Assembly (NCBI GenBank): GCA_964291235.2
Contig: OZ219816.1
Coordinates: 1,024,001 to 1,088,000 of the forward strand
DNA length: 64,000 nucleotides
Reading direction: 5' to 3'
Origin: Vicinamibacteria bacterium
GTDB taxonomy: Bacteria; Acidobacteriota; Vicinamibacteria; Marinacidobacterales; Marinacidobacteraceae
Below are positions 49,620 to 58,250 of the stretch, piece after piece. Numbering within the stretch: the stretch's first letter is position 1; each line of letters starts with the position of its first letter. Below the pieces are notes generated by a model. The model made no database searches. It was not told where the DNA came from and saw only the letters and a program-made list of their open reading frames with translations. The translations under genes and the position numbers were made by a program.

Positions 49620-52211
49620 ATGCACCTGCGTCCCAGCCTCGTCCTCGTCCTGTTGGCCACCCCGCTCTTCGCCGGGCCCCAGCGCTGGCCGCCGCCGCCC
49701 ATCATCCAGGGAGTGGCGGAGGCGTATCCGCCCGCCCGTCACGGTGGGAACTACATGCACAACTACTACTTCCCGCCGGCCCCGAGCAGCACTCCGTGGG
49801 CGCCGGCCTGGTCACCGGACGGGAAATCGATCGCGGTGGCGATGTCGGGCTCGATCTGGCGGGTGGACCCCGAAACCGGGATCGCTGACGAGCTGACCTC
49901 CGGGCCCGGCTACCACTCGCTACCCACCTGGTCGCCGGACGGGAGGTTCATCGTTTTCACGGTGGACCGGAACGGCCAGAACATCGGTCTTGCGCTCGTG
50001 GATCTGACGACGGGGGAGAGCCGGATGCTGACGGACGACGACTTCCTCTACATGGACCCGGCCTTCTCCCCGGACGGGAACCGGCTCGCCTACGTCTCCA
50101 CGAAGCCGTCGGGCTACTTCAATGTCTATGTCCGCGAGTTCGAGAACGGGGAGCTCGGGTCGGAAGAGATCGCCCTCACCCGGGACGAGAACTACGGGAA
50201 AGAGCGGCTCTACTTCGGCTCCTGGGACATGCACATCACCCCGGCCTGGATGCCGGACTCCCGGGAACTCCTGATGGTTTCGAACCACGAGGTGCCGCTC
50301 GGCTCGGGGAACGTGGTCCGGACTCCGATGGCGGTGGACGGCTTCGAGGAGGGGGTCGCCGTCCTCGCCGAACAATCCCTGTACCGGACCCGTCCGGACG
50401 TCTCGATCGACGGGAAGCGGTTCATCTATTCCTCGACGGCGGGCGCGGCGGATCAGTTCTCGAACCTCTACGTGCAGCCGACCGACGGCGGATCCCCCTA
50501 CAAGCTGACCTTTTTCGAGCACGACGCCTTCCACCCCCGCTGGTCCCCGGACGGCGAGTGGATCGCCTACATCGACAATTCCGGCGGACTGCCGCAGCTC
50601 GCTCTCCTGGAAACCTACGGGGGGAAGCGCCGCGTTCTCGAGATCACCCGGCGTAACTGGAGCCGGCCCATGGGGGTGCTCTCGGTGCGCACGGTGGACG
50701 CCGCGACGGATGAGGAGGTTGCCGCCCGCATCCACCTTGAGGCTGCCGACGGGCGTTTCTACGCGCCGCCGGATGCCTACGCCCGGATCGGCGGCGCGGC
50801 GGAACACTCGTTCCACCAGGCGGGGAGTTTCCGGATGGAGGTTCCCGTCGGTGCGCTCGAGATCGAGGCGGTGCGGGGCTTCGAGTACGAGCCGATGAGT
50901 GTACGGGTGGAAATCACGGCCGGTGATGTCACCGAGTTGACCCTCCGCCTCCCGCGGATCACGGACATGGCAGCGAAGGGGTGGTGGAGCGGTTCCACCC
51001 ACGTCCACATGAACTACGCCGGAAATCTCCACAACACGCTCGAAAACCTGATGTTCATGTCGGACGCCGAGGATCAGGACGTGGTGCTGGAGCAGGTCGC
51101 CAACAAGGACAACCGCATTCTCGACTACCAGCACTTCCTTCCCGGCGGGGGCGCGCATCCGCTCTCCACGGCGGACCGGGTGCTGGTGGTGGGCCAGGAA
51201 TACCGGCCGCCCTTCTACGGCCACGTCTTCTACTTCGGCCTTGAAGAGCACCTGATCTCGCCCTACACCACCGGCTACGAGGGCACGGGAATCGAGAGTC
51301 TTTATCCGTCGAACACCGACATGTTCCGAAAGGCGAAGGCTCAGGGTGCGACGGTGGGTTACGTGCACGCCTTCTTCGGAGAAAACGATCCGCTGGTCGG
51401 CCCGGAGGGAAGTCCTGGCAGCCTCGGTGGCGCGAAGGGATACATGGTGGATGCGGCCCTCGGCACCACGGACGCGGTGGAGTGGTCCTCGGCGTCGCGG
51501 GCGGGGTTCTTCCCGTGGTACGCCACCATGAACAACGGTCTCCGGGTCACTGCCGTCGGCGGCGAGGACTCCATCAGCAACATGCAGCGGTCCAAGCTGG
51601 TCGGTTCGGTGCGCACCTACGTGCACACCGGAGAGCGCGGGCTGGATCTGGACGCCTTCCTCGAAGGCATCCGGGAGGGCAGGGCATTCGTGAGTTGCGG
51701 GCCGGTGCTCGATTTCCGGGTCAATGGACGGATACCGGGGGACGAGGTACAGCTCCCGGAGTCTGGAGGCGAGGTGGAGTGGAGCGCCTGGGTTCGCTCC
51801 TCGACCCCGCTCGAGCGGGCGTGGATCGTTTCCGGCGGCGAGGACGTAGCCGAGGTGGCGCTCTCCGAGGATCGGCGTTCGGCCCGCGCGACCGGTCGCG
51901 TCGCGATGGAGCGGAGCGGCTGGATGATTCTCCGGGCGGAGGGAGCGCCGGAGGCAGCCCGCCCGCTGGACTGCGGCTACGCCCAGGCGTTCACGAATCC
52001 GGTCTGGGTCATGGCCGGCGACCAGCCGGTCCGCAGCGCCGCTGCCGCCGACTACTCGATTCGCTGGATCGACCGGCTCCGTGAGATGGCGGAAGCGTGG
52101 GAATACTGGCGGTCGGATGCCGAAAAGGCCCACGTGTATGCCCAGTTCGACGAGGCTCGGGCGGTCTACGAGGGGTTTCTCGTTGAGGCGCGCGCCCTGG
52201 GCCGAGAATGA
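49620..52211 (+). CDS. Exported protein: TolB-like PD40 repeats plus CehA/McbA (PHP-like) metallohydrolase domain
   Basis: PAWSPDG, PTWSPDG, PAFSPDG, PRWSPDG; WWSGSTHVH, GQEYR, GHV, YVH, GGED, AFTNPVW. Confidence 0.85.
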   Translation: MHLRPSLVLVLLATPLFAGPQRWPPPPIIQGVAEAYPPARHGGNYMHNYYFPPAPSSTPWAPAWSPDGKSIAVAMSGSIWRVDPETGIADELTSGPGYHSLPTWSPDGRFIVFTVDRNGQNIGLALVDLTTGESRMLTDDDFLYMDPAFSPDGNRLAYVSTKPSGYFNVYVREFENGELGSEEIALTRDENYGKERLYFGSWDMHITPAWMPDSRELLMVSNHEVPLGSGNVVRTPMAVDGFEEGVAVLAEQSLYRTRPDVSIDGKRFIYSSTAGAADQFSNLYVQPTDGGSPYKLTFFEHDAFHPRWSPDGEWIAYIDNSGGLPQLALLETYGGKRRVLEITRRNWSRPMGVLSVRTVDAATDEEVAARIHLEAADGRFYAPPDAYARIGGAAEHSFHQAGSFRMEVPVGALEIEAVRGFEYEPMSVRVEITAGDVTELTLRLPRITDMAAKGWWSGSTHVHMNYAGNLHNTLENLMFMSDAEDQDVVLEQVANKDNRILDYQHFLPGGGAHPLSTADRVLVVGQEYRPPFYGHVFYFGLEEHLISPYTTGYEGTGIESLYPSNTDMFRKAKAQGATVGYVHAFFGENDPLVGPEGSPGSLGGAKGYMVDAALGTTDAVEWSSASRAGFFPWYATMNNGLRVTAVGGEDSISNMQRSKLVGSVRTYVHTGERGLDLDAFLEGIREGRAFVSCGPVLDFRVNGRIPGDEVQLPESGGEVEWSAWVRSSTPLERAWIVSGGEDVAEVALSEDRRSARATGRVAMERSGWMILRAEGAPEAARPLDCGYAQAFTNPVWVMAGDQPVRSAAAADYSIRWIDRLREMAEAWEYWRSDAEKAHVYAQFDEARAVYEGFLVEARALGRE

Positions 52212-52284
52212 GAAACCCGGTGACCAGCGGAATGGGCCGAGCCGCGTGGCCGGGTTCCGGCCGTCTGCCTGATACCCTCGGGCC

Positions 52285-52626
52285 ATGAGCCTGATGGGAC
52301 GGGCCCTCGGGACGAAGGCCCCGTTCGTTCCGCCGAATCAGATCGACGATGTGCTGCGCGACGACGAGGTACTTCTGCTGGATGTGCGGACCGCCGTGGA
52401 GCTGGCCGAATCGGGGACCATCCCGGGGGCGCTCCACATCCATCTCGGAGAACTCGCCGACCGGCTCGACGAGTTGCCCCGCGGCCAGCCGGTGCTGACC
52501 ACCTGAATGGTGGGCCCCCGGGCTGCGCGTGCCGCGGCCATTCTGGAGAAGGCAGGTTTCGAAGTCGTGGGTTATTGCGGCCTCAAGCAATACGCGGGCG
52601 CCCGGGAGTACCGCCCGCTCAACTGA
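52285..52626 (+). CDS. Selenocysteine-containing rhodanese-domain protein (113 aa, Sec74)
   Basis: LLDVRT..E...GTIPGALHI; in-frame TGA 52504-52506 gives U-MVGPR-AARAAAILEKAGFEVVGYCGL at the catalytic CxxGxR loop; SECIS-like hairpin follows. Confidence 0.85.
52521..52539 (+). promoter_or_regulatory. Putative bacterial SECIS hairpin
   Basis: GGCTGCG-CGTGC-CGCGGCC; loop starts 22 nt after the TGA with G at loop position 2. Confidence 0.7.
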
Positions 52627-52647
52627 TTCCCAATAGGAGGGTCCACG

Positions 52648-53100
52648 ATGAAGAGGACTTTTTCCCTCGCCGCGGCTGCCCTGACGGCGCTCGGTTGGGG
52701 CTGTGGCGGAGGCGAGCCGGCGGCTGAAATGCCCGCGGCCACCGAAGAGGCCACGCCGGAGCCGACGCCGGAGCCGACGCCGGAGCCAGCGCCGCGAGTC
52801 GAGGCCGAGGACATTGACGCCGCTCTCGCGAACGGCGCCGTTCTCCTCGATGTGCGCACCGATGAAGAACTCGCCGAGCACGGCACCATCGAGGGCTTCG
52901 TCCACATTCCGATCGATGAACTGGAGGCGAGGATCGGCGAACTCCCGGTGGGAGTTCCCATCCTCACCGCTTGACAGGGTGGCGGAAGAGCCGCGCGTGC
53001 CGCGGAGCTACTACAGGCGAACGGACACGAAGTCGTTGGTTTTTGTGGCCTGATGGGCTATGAAGGCGAGCGGGTCTATCCCGGGGCAGCGGAAGACTGA
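52648..53100 (+). CDS. Selenocysteine-containing rhodanese-domain lipoprotein (150 aa, Sec109)
   Basis: AGGAGG SD; signal peptide ending LGWG-C; EPTP linker; LLDVRT..E..HGTIEG; TGA 52972-52974 gives U-QGGGR-AARAAELLQANGHEVVGFCGL. Confidence 0.85.
52989..53009 (+). promoter_or_regulatory. Putative bacterial SECIS hairpin
   Basis: CCGCG-CGTGC-CGCGG core; same loop and same spacing from the TGA as in the first rhodanese. Confidence 0.7.
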
Positions 53101-53104
53101 TTCG

Positions 53105-54403
53105 TCAGATCTGAACCGTCCGGAAGCCCGCCAACACGTCGCGGCGATCCGGACTGAAGAAATTTCGATAGCGGCCGGTCAGCAGCCGGCCGCGCGTCGC
53201 CCAGGCGCCGCCGCGCAGCACCTTGGTCTCGTGGAAACCGGCTTCGGAGTATTCCCGGTAGGCATCGGGACGGAAACCGGGGAACGGCCTGAAGGTGTCC
53301 CCGGTCCACTCCCAGACATTGCCAATCATCTGCCGGCAGCCGAAGGCGCTGTCCCCTTCGGGCAGCGCTCCCACGTCGAGGCAGCCCAGCGCCCAACCGT
53401 CCAGGTTCGCCCGCCGAGGGTCGGGAGGCGTTTCTCCCCATGGGTACGACCGCTTCTTCGGGGCGAGGGCGTCCCCGGCGGGTTCGCCGAGGGCGGCCGT
53501 TTCCCACTCGGCTTCCGAAGGGAGCCGCCGGCCGGCCCAGGCACAGTAGGCATTTGCCTCGAACCAGTTCACGTGGATGACGGGTTCGTCGGGCGCCAGC
53601 GGGCGGACCCGGTCGAAACGGCGTACCCGGAACCCGCCTTCCCGGTCGGGGCGCCAATAGACAGGATGCGCGGCGTCGGCTCGTTCCCGCCAATTCCAGC
53701 CCGCCCGGCTCCAGAACTCACGCTCGCGGTAGCCTCCGGCTGTCACGAATTCGGCGAACTCCGCGTTCGTGACCGGGGCTTTCGCGATCGCAAACGACTG
53801 GACGCGGAACGGATGCGCCCACTTCTCGTTGTCGTAGAGGAACGGTGCGTCCGGCTCAGCCCCCAGCCGAAACGTCCCGCCGGGAACGCGGGCGTCCCCC
53901 GGATGGCGGCCGCCCGGCGCTCGCCGGGGGCGCTCCCGTCCCAGAGCCGGGGCCGGGTAGCCGAGGGTCTGCCGGGAGTAGATGTACGCCTCGGTGTGCA
54001 TGTCCTCGTGGAAGGTGGCGAACTGGTACATGAAGCTGTCGCTCTCGGTCGCGAGGTTCTGATCCAACCGGTCGAGGCAGCGGCACTTGACCCTTTCGGC
54101 GTAGCCGATCACTTCCTCCATGCCGAGGAGAGGGAGGTCCCAGCGCAGTTCCTGGGCAACGGTCGCCGAGTCATAGATTTCGTCCCCCCTGGGCAGGATC
54201 GCTTCGCACCCGTGGAGTTCGCGCAGGATGAACCTCTCGTAGAACCACGCGACGTGCCCGATTTCCCAGCGCAGCGGGTTGACGATGCGCAGCCGCGACC
54301 CCATCCACTGGTCCTCGTCGAGCCCGACAATCAGTGCGAGACTGCGCCGGTGGGCATCTTCCATGATGGCGGCCAGGTGGTCGGCCGGGACACGCTTGGT
54401 CAT
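53105..54403 (-). CDS. senA: Selenoneine synthase (EgtB-like, DinB plus FGE-sulfatase domains)
   Basis: NPLRWEIGHVAWF, FHEDMHTEA metal motif, RRLPSEAEWE, GNVWEW, YRNFF..RRDVLAGFRT; adjacent to senB. Confidence 0.85.
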   Translation of the reverse strand: MTKRVPADHLAAIMEDAHRRSLALIVGLDEDQWMGSRLRIVNPLRWEIGHVAWFYERFILRELHGCEAILPRGDEIYDSATVAQELRWDLPLLGMEEVIGYAERVKCRCLDRLDQNLATESDSFMYQFATFHEDMHTEAYIYSRQTLGYPAPALGRERPRRAPGGRHPGDARVPGGTFRLGAEPDAPFLYDNEKWAHPFRVQSFAIAKAPVTNAEFAEFVTAGGYREREFWSRAGWNWRERADAAHPVYWRPDREGGFRVRRFDRVRPLAPDEPVIHVNWFEANAYCAWAGRRLPSEAEWETAALGEPAGDALAPKKRSYPWGETPPDPRRANLDGWALGCLDVGALPEGDSAFGCRQMIGNVWEWTGDTFRPFPGFRPDAYREYSEAGFHETKVLRGGAWATRGRLLTGRYRNFFSPDRRDVLAGFRTVQI

Positions 54404-54423
54404 GGTGGGAGCAGGCTTCGCCC

Positions 54424-55377
54424 GTGCGAATCATTGTAGTAACCCCCGCCGGAGCCAACTCGCGCGCCGGAAACCGGATCACCGCGGTCCGCTGGGCGCG
54501 GATGCTGCGGTCGCTGGGGCACCGAGTCGCCGTCCGGACGGAATGGGACGGCGGGAGCGCGGATGTGCTGATCGCGCTCCACGCCTGGCGGAGCGCTGCT
54601 TCCGTTGCCCGCTACCGATCCCGTTGCCCGAACGGTTCCCTGGTGGTCGCGTTGACCGGCACCGATGTGCACGGCTTTCTCGGCACCCATGAAGAGACGA
54701 CCCGGAGGTCGCTTGAACACGCGGACGTGCTGGTGGCGCTGCACGATCTGGTGTCCGATGCCATCCCACCGGAGTTTCGCAACAAGGTCCAGGTGGTGCA
54801 TCAGTCGGTGAAGAACCGCGGTATATCGCGCGATCCGTCGAGACGCACGTTTGACGTGTGCGTCGTCGGACACCTGCGCCGGGAAAAGGATCCGCTGCGG
54901 GCGGCGTACGCGGCGCGAGCGATCCCGGCGGCGTCCCGGTTGCGCGTTTTGCACGCCGGTGGAGCTCGGGATCCGGATTGGGGGGTCGCTGCGCAGGAGG
55001 AGATGGCGCGAAACCCGCGTTACCGCTGGCGCGGTGAACTTCCGGGGTGGCGCGTGCGCCGGCTCTACGCGAAAGCCCGGGCGATGGTGATCTCTTCGGT
55101 CGTGGAGGGGGGCGCCAATGTGGTGTCCGAGGCGGTGGTGGCCGGACTCCCGGTCATTGCGTCGCGCATCCCGGGGAACGTCGGCCTTCTCGGCCCCGGA
55201 CACCCGGGCTATTTCCCCCCGCAGGATACCGGGGCTCTCCGCGATCTCCTGTGGTGCGCGGAGAGTGATCCCGGTTTCCTCGAGGACCTCATGCGGCACG
55301 GGGCGGCGCGAGCGCCGCTGTTCGCCCCCGAGCGTGAACGCGAGGCCTGGCGCCGGCTACTCGCGGCGCTCTCGTAG
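54424..55377 (+). CDS. senB: Selenosugar synthase (TIGR04348-type glycosyltransferase)
   Basis: IVVTPA....AGNRITAVRWA, IALHAWRS, LTGTD, VVGHLRREKDP, EGGANVVSEA, IPGNVGLLG..HPGYF. Confidence 0.9.
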   Translation: MRIIVVTPAGANSRAGNRITAVRWARMLRSLGHRVAVRTEWDGGSADVLIALHAWRSAASVARYRSRCPNGSLVVALTGTDVHGFLGTHEETTRRSLEHADVLVALHDLVSDAIPPEFRNKVQVVHQSVKNRGISRDPSRRTFDVCVVGHLRREKDPLRAAYAARAIPAASRLRVLHAGGARDPDWGVAAQEEMARNPRYRWRGELPGWRVRRLYAKARAMVISSVVEGGANVVSEAVVAGLPVIASRIPGNVGLLGPGHPGYFPPQDTGALRDLLWCAESDPGFLEDLMRHGAARAPLFAPEREREAWRRLLAALS

Positions 55378-55388
55378 TTCCGCCCCGA

Positions 55389-56858
55389 TCAGTTGATGAG
55401 GAATATCTTCTCGTTCGGCGGCTGTAGCCATTCGACGCCCTTGTTGGTCACGATTTGCGGGTTCGAGATGTTGATCGCGAGTGGGAAGCCCGGACGCTCC
55501 GGGATGTTCATATGCACCATGTACTCGTACGCGAAGATGTGATTCTCCTGGATCACCAGGTGGTGCCGGTCGGCGCGGAAATTCGTCACCGAGGGACCGA
55601 CGGTTCCGGTTCCGACGGTGCCGTGGGCGTGGTGGTCGATGGCGAAACCCGGCTGGTCGCTGTCGCCGAGCCCTTCCTGGATGATCACGTAGTCGAGGTT
55701 CCTGGCGCCGTCGGGGGTTCGGCCGATCCCCTGGATTCCGGAGTTGACGAACGGCGTGTAGATGTAGCCCGCCTCTTCCATGGCTGCGACCATGGCGTCG
55801 AGCGATTCCTTCGCCGTCATGCCCACCCGCATGTGGGGCCGCATGATCCACTGGCCGGCGATCGCGAAGTCGAAGAGTTTCTGGATGCTCTCCGGAGGGG
55901 CGGTTTCACCCTCGCGCAGAATGTAGGCGTGGGTTTTGGTGTCGGTCCCGAATCCCATGTAGTTGACCCCGACGTTGAAGGCGAAGAAGTCGCCGCGTTG
56001 GAAGACGTAGTCCTCGTGCCAGATCCAGTAGCGGGCGTCGGGCGGGTAGGGTGGGTCCTCGGATACCGCGGTGTAGTAGAGGCGGATGCCACCGCGTCCC
56101 CCGGTGCTGAAACCGGCCAGGTGCCGCTCATAGGCCCACTCCCGGGCCCAGGTGGTGATCTCCCGGATCGTGGTGCGTCCCGGCTCGATCCGGGCCAGGG
56201 CCTCCTGGGTGAGCTGCCGGGCGGCCTCGAGATTGTTGATCTGTTCGGCCACTTCCCGGACCGTTCGCCGCACCAGGAAGTCGGTGATCACGTTCTCGGC
56301 GGACACGATCCGCTCGGCATACCTGGGGCCGAGAATCCCGGTGAGCTTCAGGTAGGAGGTGTGGGATAGCCCGTCGGCCTCGGCGAGCCACTCGGAGGTG
56401 TTGACCGCAATGGTCTGCGGGTCCCGTTCGGCGACGAACTCCGTGAACTCGTCGTACACCTCGTCGCCATAGTTGAACGCCATCTGGTAGCCGCGGCCGT
56501 AACTGGAAATGGTCCTCGCGAAGGTGTCCGATCCGCGGACATCGATGTCCGGGACCGCGCCCGCACTACCGAAGGCGGCCCGCTCGATCCGGTCGCCGAG
56601 GTCGGTGAAGACGAGGTAGCCGTAGGTGTTGCCGAACCAGTAGGCCATCGGGTCGGGGTCGCCGTGCCGGGTGACGTGGATCCACATGTCCACGCCGTTG
56701 TCGCGCATGGCTCCCGGCAGGATGAGGTCGAGTTTCTCCCGCCTCATGAGGCGCATTACCTCGCCCCCACTGCTTGAGGTGTGGACGCCAGGTTGGGCGC
56801 CCGCGAGCGTGCCCGCAAGGAGCAGTGAAATCAGGATGGACGGGGTACGGACGGACAT
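55389..56858 (-). CDS. Exported M24-family (Xaa-Pro peptidase-like) protein
   Basis: Signal peptide; LPGAMRDNGVDMWI, QRGD, GTDTKTHAYILREGE, HHAHG. Confidence 0.75.
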   Translation of the reverse strand: MSVRTPSILISLLLAGTLAGAQPGVHTSSSGGEVMRLMRREKLDLILPGAMRDNGVDMWIHVTRHGDPDPMAYWFGNTYGYLVFTDLGDRIERAAFGSAGAVPDIDVRGSDTFARTISSYGRGYQMAFNYGDEVYDEFTEFVAERDPQTIAVNTSEWLAEADGLSHTSYLKLTGILGPRYAERIVSAENVITDFLVRRTVREVAEQINNLEAARQLTQEALARIEPGRTTIREITTWAREWAYERHLAGFSTGGRGGIRLYYTAVSEDPPYPPDARYWIWHEDYVFQRGDFFAFNVGVNYMGFGTDTKTHAYILREGETAPPESIQKLFDFAIAGQWIMRPHMRVGMTAKESLDAMVAAMEEAGYIYTPFVNSGIQGIGRTPDGARNLDYVIIQEGLGDSDQPGFAIDHHAHGTVGTGTVGPSVTNFRADRHHLVIQENHIFAYEYMVHMNIPERPGFPLAINISNPQIVTNKGVEWLQPPNEKIFLIN

Positions 56859-56996
56859 AGGGGCCTCCTGCCCGGTCAGGGTATGGGAGGAACCCTCAGG
56901 TCCGCCAATTGCGGAACGGCAGAACGCCGTGTGCGGCGCGAAGCGAGGCGACGCCGACCGGAGGCCGGCGCCCGTGTGCTCGGTGTTCTCGCGTCG

Positions 56997-58172
56997 CTAC
57001 GCCGCCATCTTCTGGGCGGAGTCGAGGACGGTCGCGATCTTGGTGGCGGCGCGCTGCATCTCGTCCATCGTGCCGATGGAGATGCGGCACCGGGTCCACA
57101 GCGGCGGGAACGGCCGTCCGACGCGCACGCCCTCGGCGGCGCAGGCCGCCTGGAACTGCTCGATCGGCATTCCGACGTCCGCGAAGATGAAGTTCGTCTG
57201 GGCGTCGGTGGCGGTCAGGCCCCGGTCGGCGAAGAACTTGATGATGAAGTCCCGCGCCTCGGCGTTTCGCTTCTTCTCGTTCGGGAGGTAGTTGGGGTCC
57301 GCCTTGTCCCGCTCGAGGGCCGCGTTTGCGGCGACCAGCGCCGGGGTACTCACCGAGTTGCCCATGTGGAACTCACCGAGTTCCTCGATGGTTTCCTCGT
57401 GGGCGATCGCATAGCCGACCCGCAGACCCGCCATCCCGTAGGCCTTCGAGAAGGTGCGCGCCACGATAAGCCGTGGGTTTTCGATGGCCGTCGGGATCAT
57501 CGTCTCGTGGCCCGGAGTGGTCACGTAGTCGATATAGGCCTCGTCCACCAGGATGCGGAGGTTCTTCTCCACGTCGAGCGCCCGCATCAGGAAGTCCTTG
57601 CTCTGGGCAGGATCCACGAGCGTCGCAACCGGGTTGTTCGGATTGCAGAAGAACAGCATGCCGCTTCCCTTGCAGGCGTGGAGCGTCTGGTCCAGATCCA
57701 TCTTGAACTCTGAGTCCAGCGGCACCGCCTTCGTCCGGTAGCCCAACAGGTTTGCATAACCGAAGCACTCTTCGTAGGTCGGCAGCGACCCGACGAGCGC
57801 CTTTTCCTTGCTCGCGTACTGGTGCGTGCAGTCCACCAGGATCTGGGTGGAACCCGCGCCGATGAGGACGTTCTGCGGCTCGACGCCCCACTTCTCGGCA
57901 ATCGCCTCCTGCAGCGGACCCATGAACCGGAACGGATACCGCCCGGCGATCACCCCTTCGGGGCCAATGACCGAGTCGAGAGCGTCCATGACGGCTTCGC
58001 CGGGACCGAGCGAGTTCTCGTTGTTCGCGAGGTTGATTGCCTCTTCGGGAGCGATACCCATCTGGGCGGCGAAGGCGAGCTGCTCGCGGAGGCGCGTGCG
58101 CACCAGGGTCGCGGCGTAGATGCCGGCGGCGCCGGCGGAGGCATGACTCAGGAAACTGCGGCGGGAGAGCAT
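56997..58172 (-). CDS. HisC-like class I/II PLP aminotransferase with Tat signal
   Basis: SRRSFL; NENSLGP, CNPNNP, DEAY, RTFSKAYGMAGLRVGY, RISIGT. Confidence 0.9.
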   Translation of the reverse strand: MLSRRSFLSHASAGAAGIYAATLVRTRLREQLAFAAQMGIAPEEAINLANNENSLGPGEAVMDALDSVIGPEGVIAGRYPFRFMGPLQEAIAEKWGVEPQNVLIGAGSTQILVDCTHQYASKEKALVGSLPTYEECFGYANLLGYRTKAVPLDSEFKMDLDQTLHACKGSGMLFFCNPNNPVATLVDPAQSKDFLMRALDVEKNLRILVDEAYIDYVTTPGHETMIPTAIENPRLIVARTFSKAYGMAGLRVGYAIAHEETIEELGEFHMGNSVSTPALVAANAALERDKADPNYLPNEKKRNAEARDFIIKFFADRGLTATDAQTNFIFADVGMPIEQFQAACAAEGVRVGRPFPPLWTRCRISIGTMDEMQRAATKIATVLDSAQKMAA

Positions 58173-58250
58173 GGGGTGGCTACCTCCTCGTAGCGAGGGT
58201 TCTCGGCTGGTTCGTCAGGACATCCTGCGGGACGTTTCTCCCTCGGGTGG

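Noticed and set aside
52285-53100. Rhodanese genes as pseudogenes, or genome-wide TGA recoding
   Set aside because: Both TGAs fall on the catalytic codon with conserved downstream sequence, and TGA is an ordinary stop elsewhere (ilvB, ilvC, murB, ACAD).
53105-54403. Ergothioneine EgtB call
   Set aside because: No egtD or egtC nearby; adjacency to a SenB-type glycosyltransferase and the HEDMHxEA motif favour SenA.
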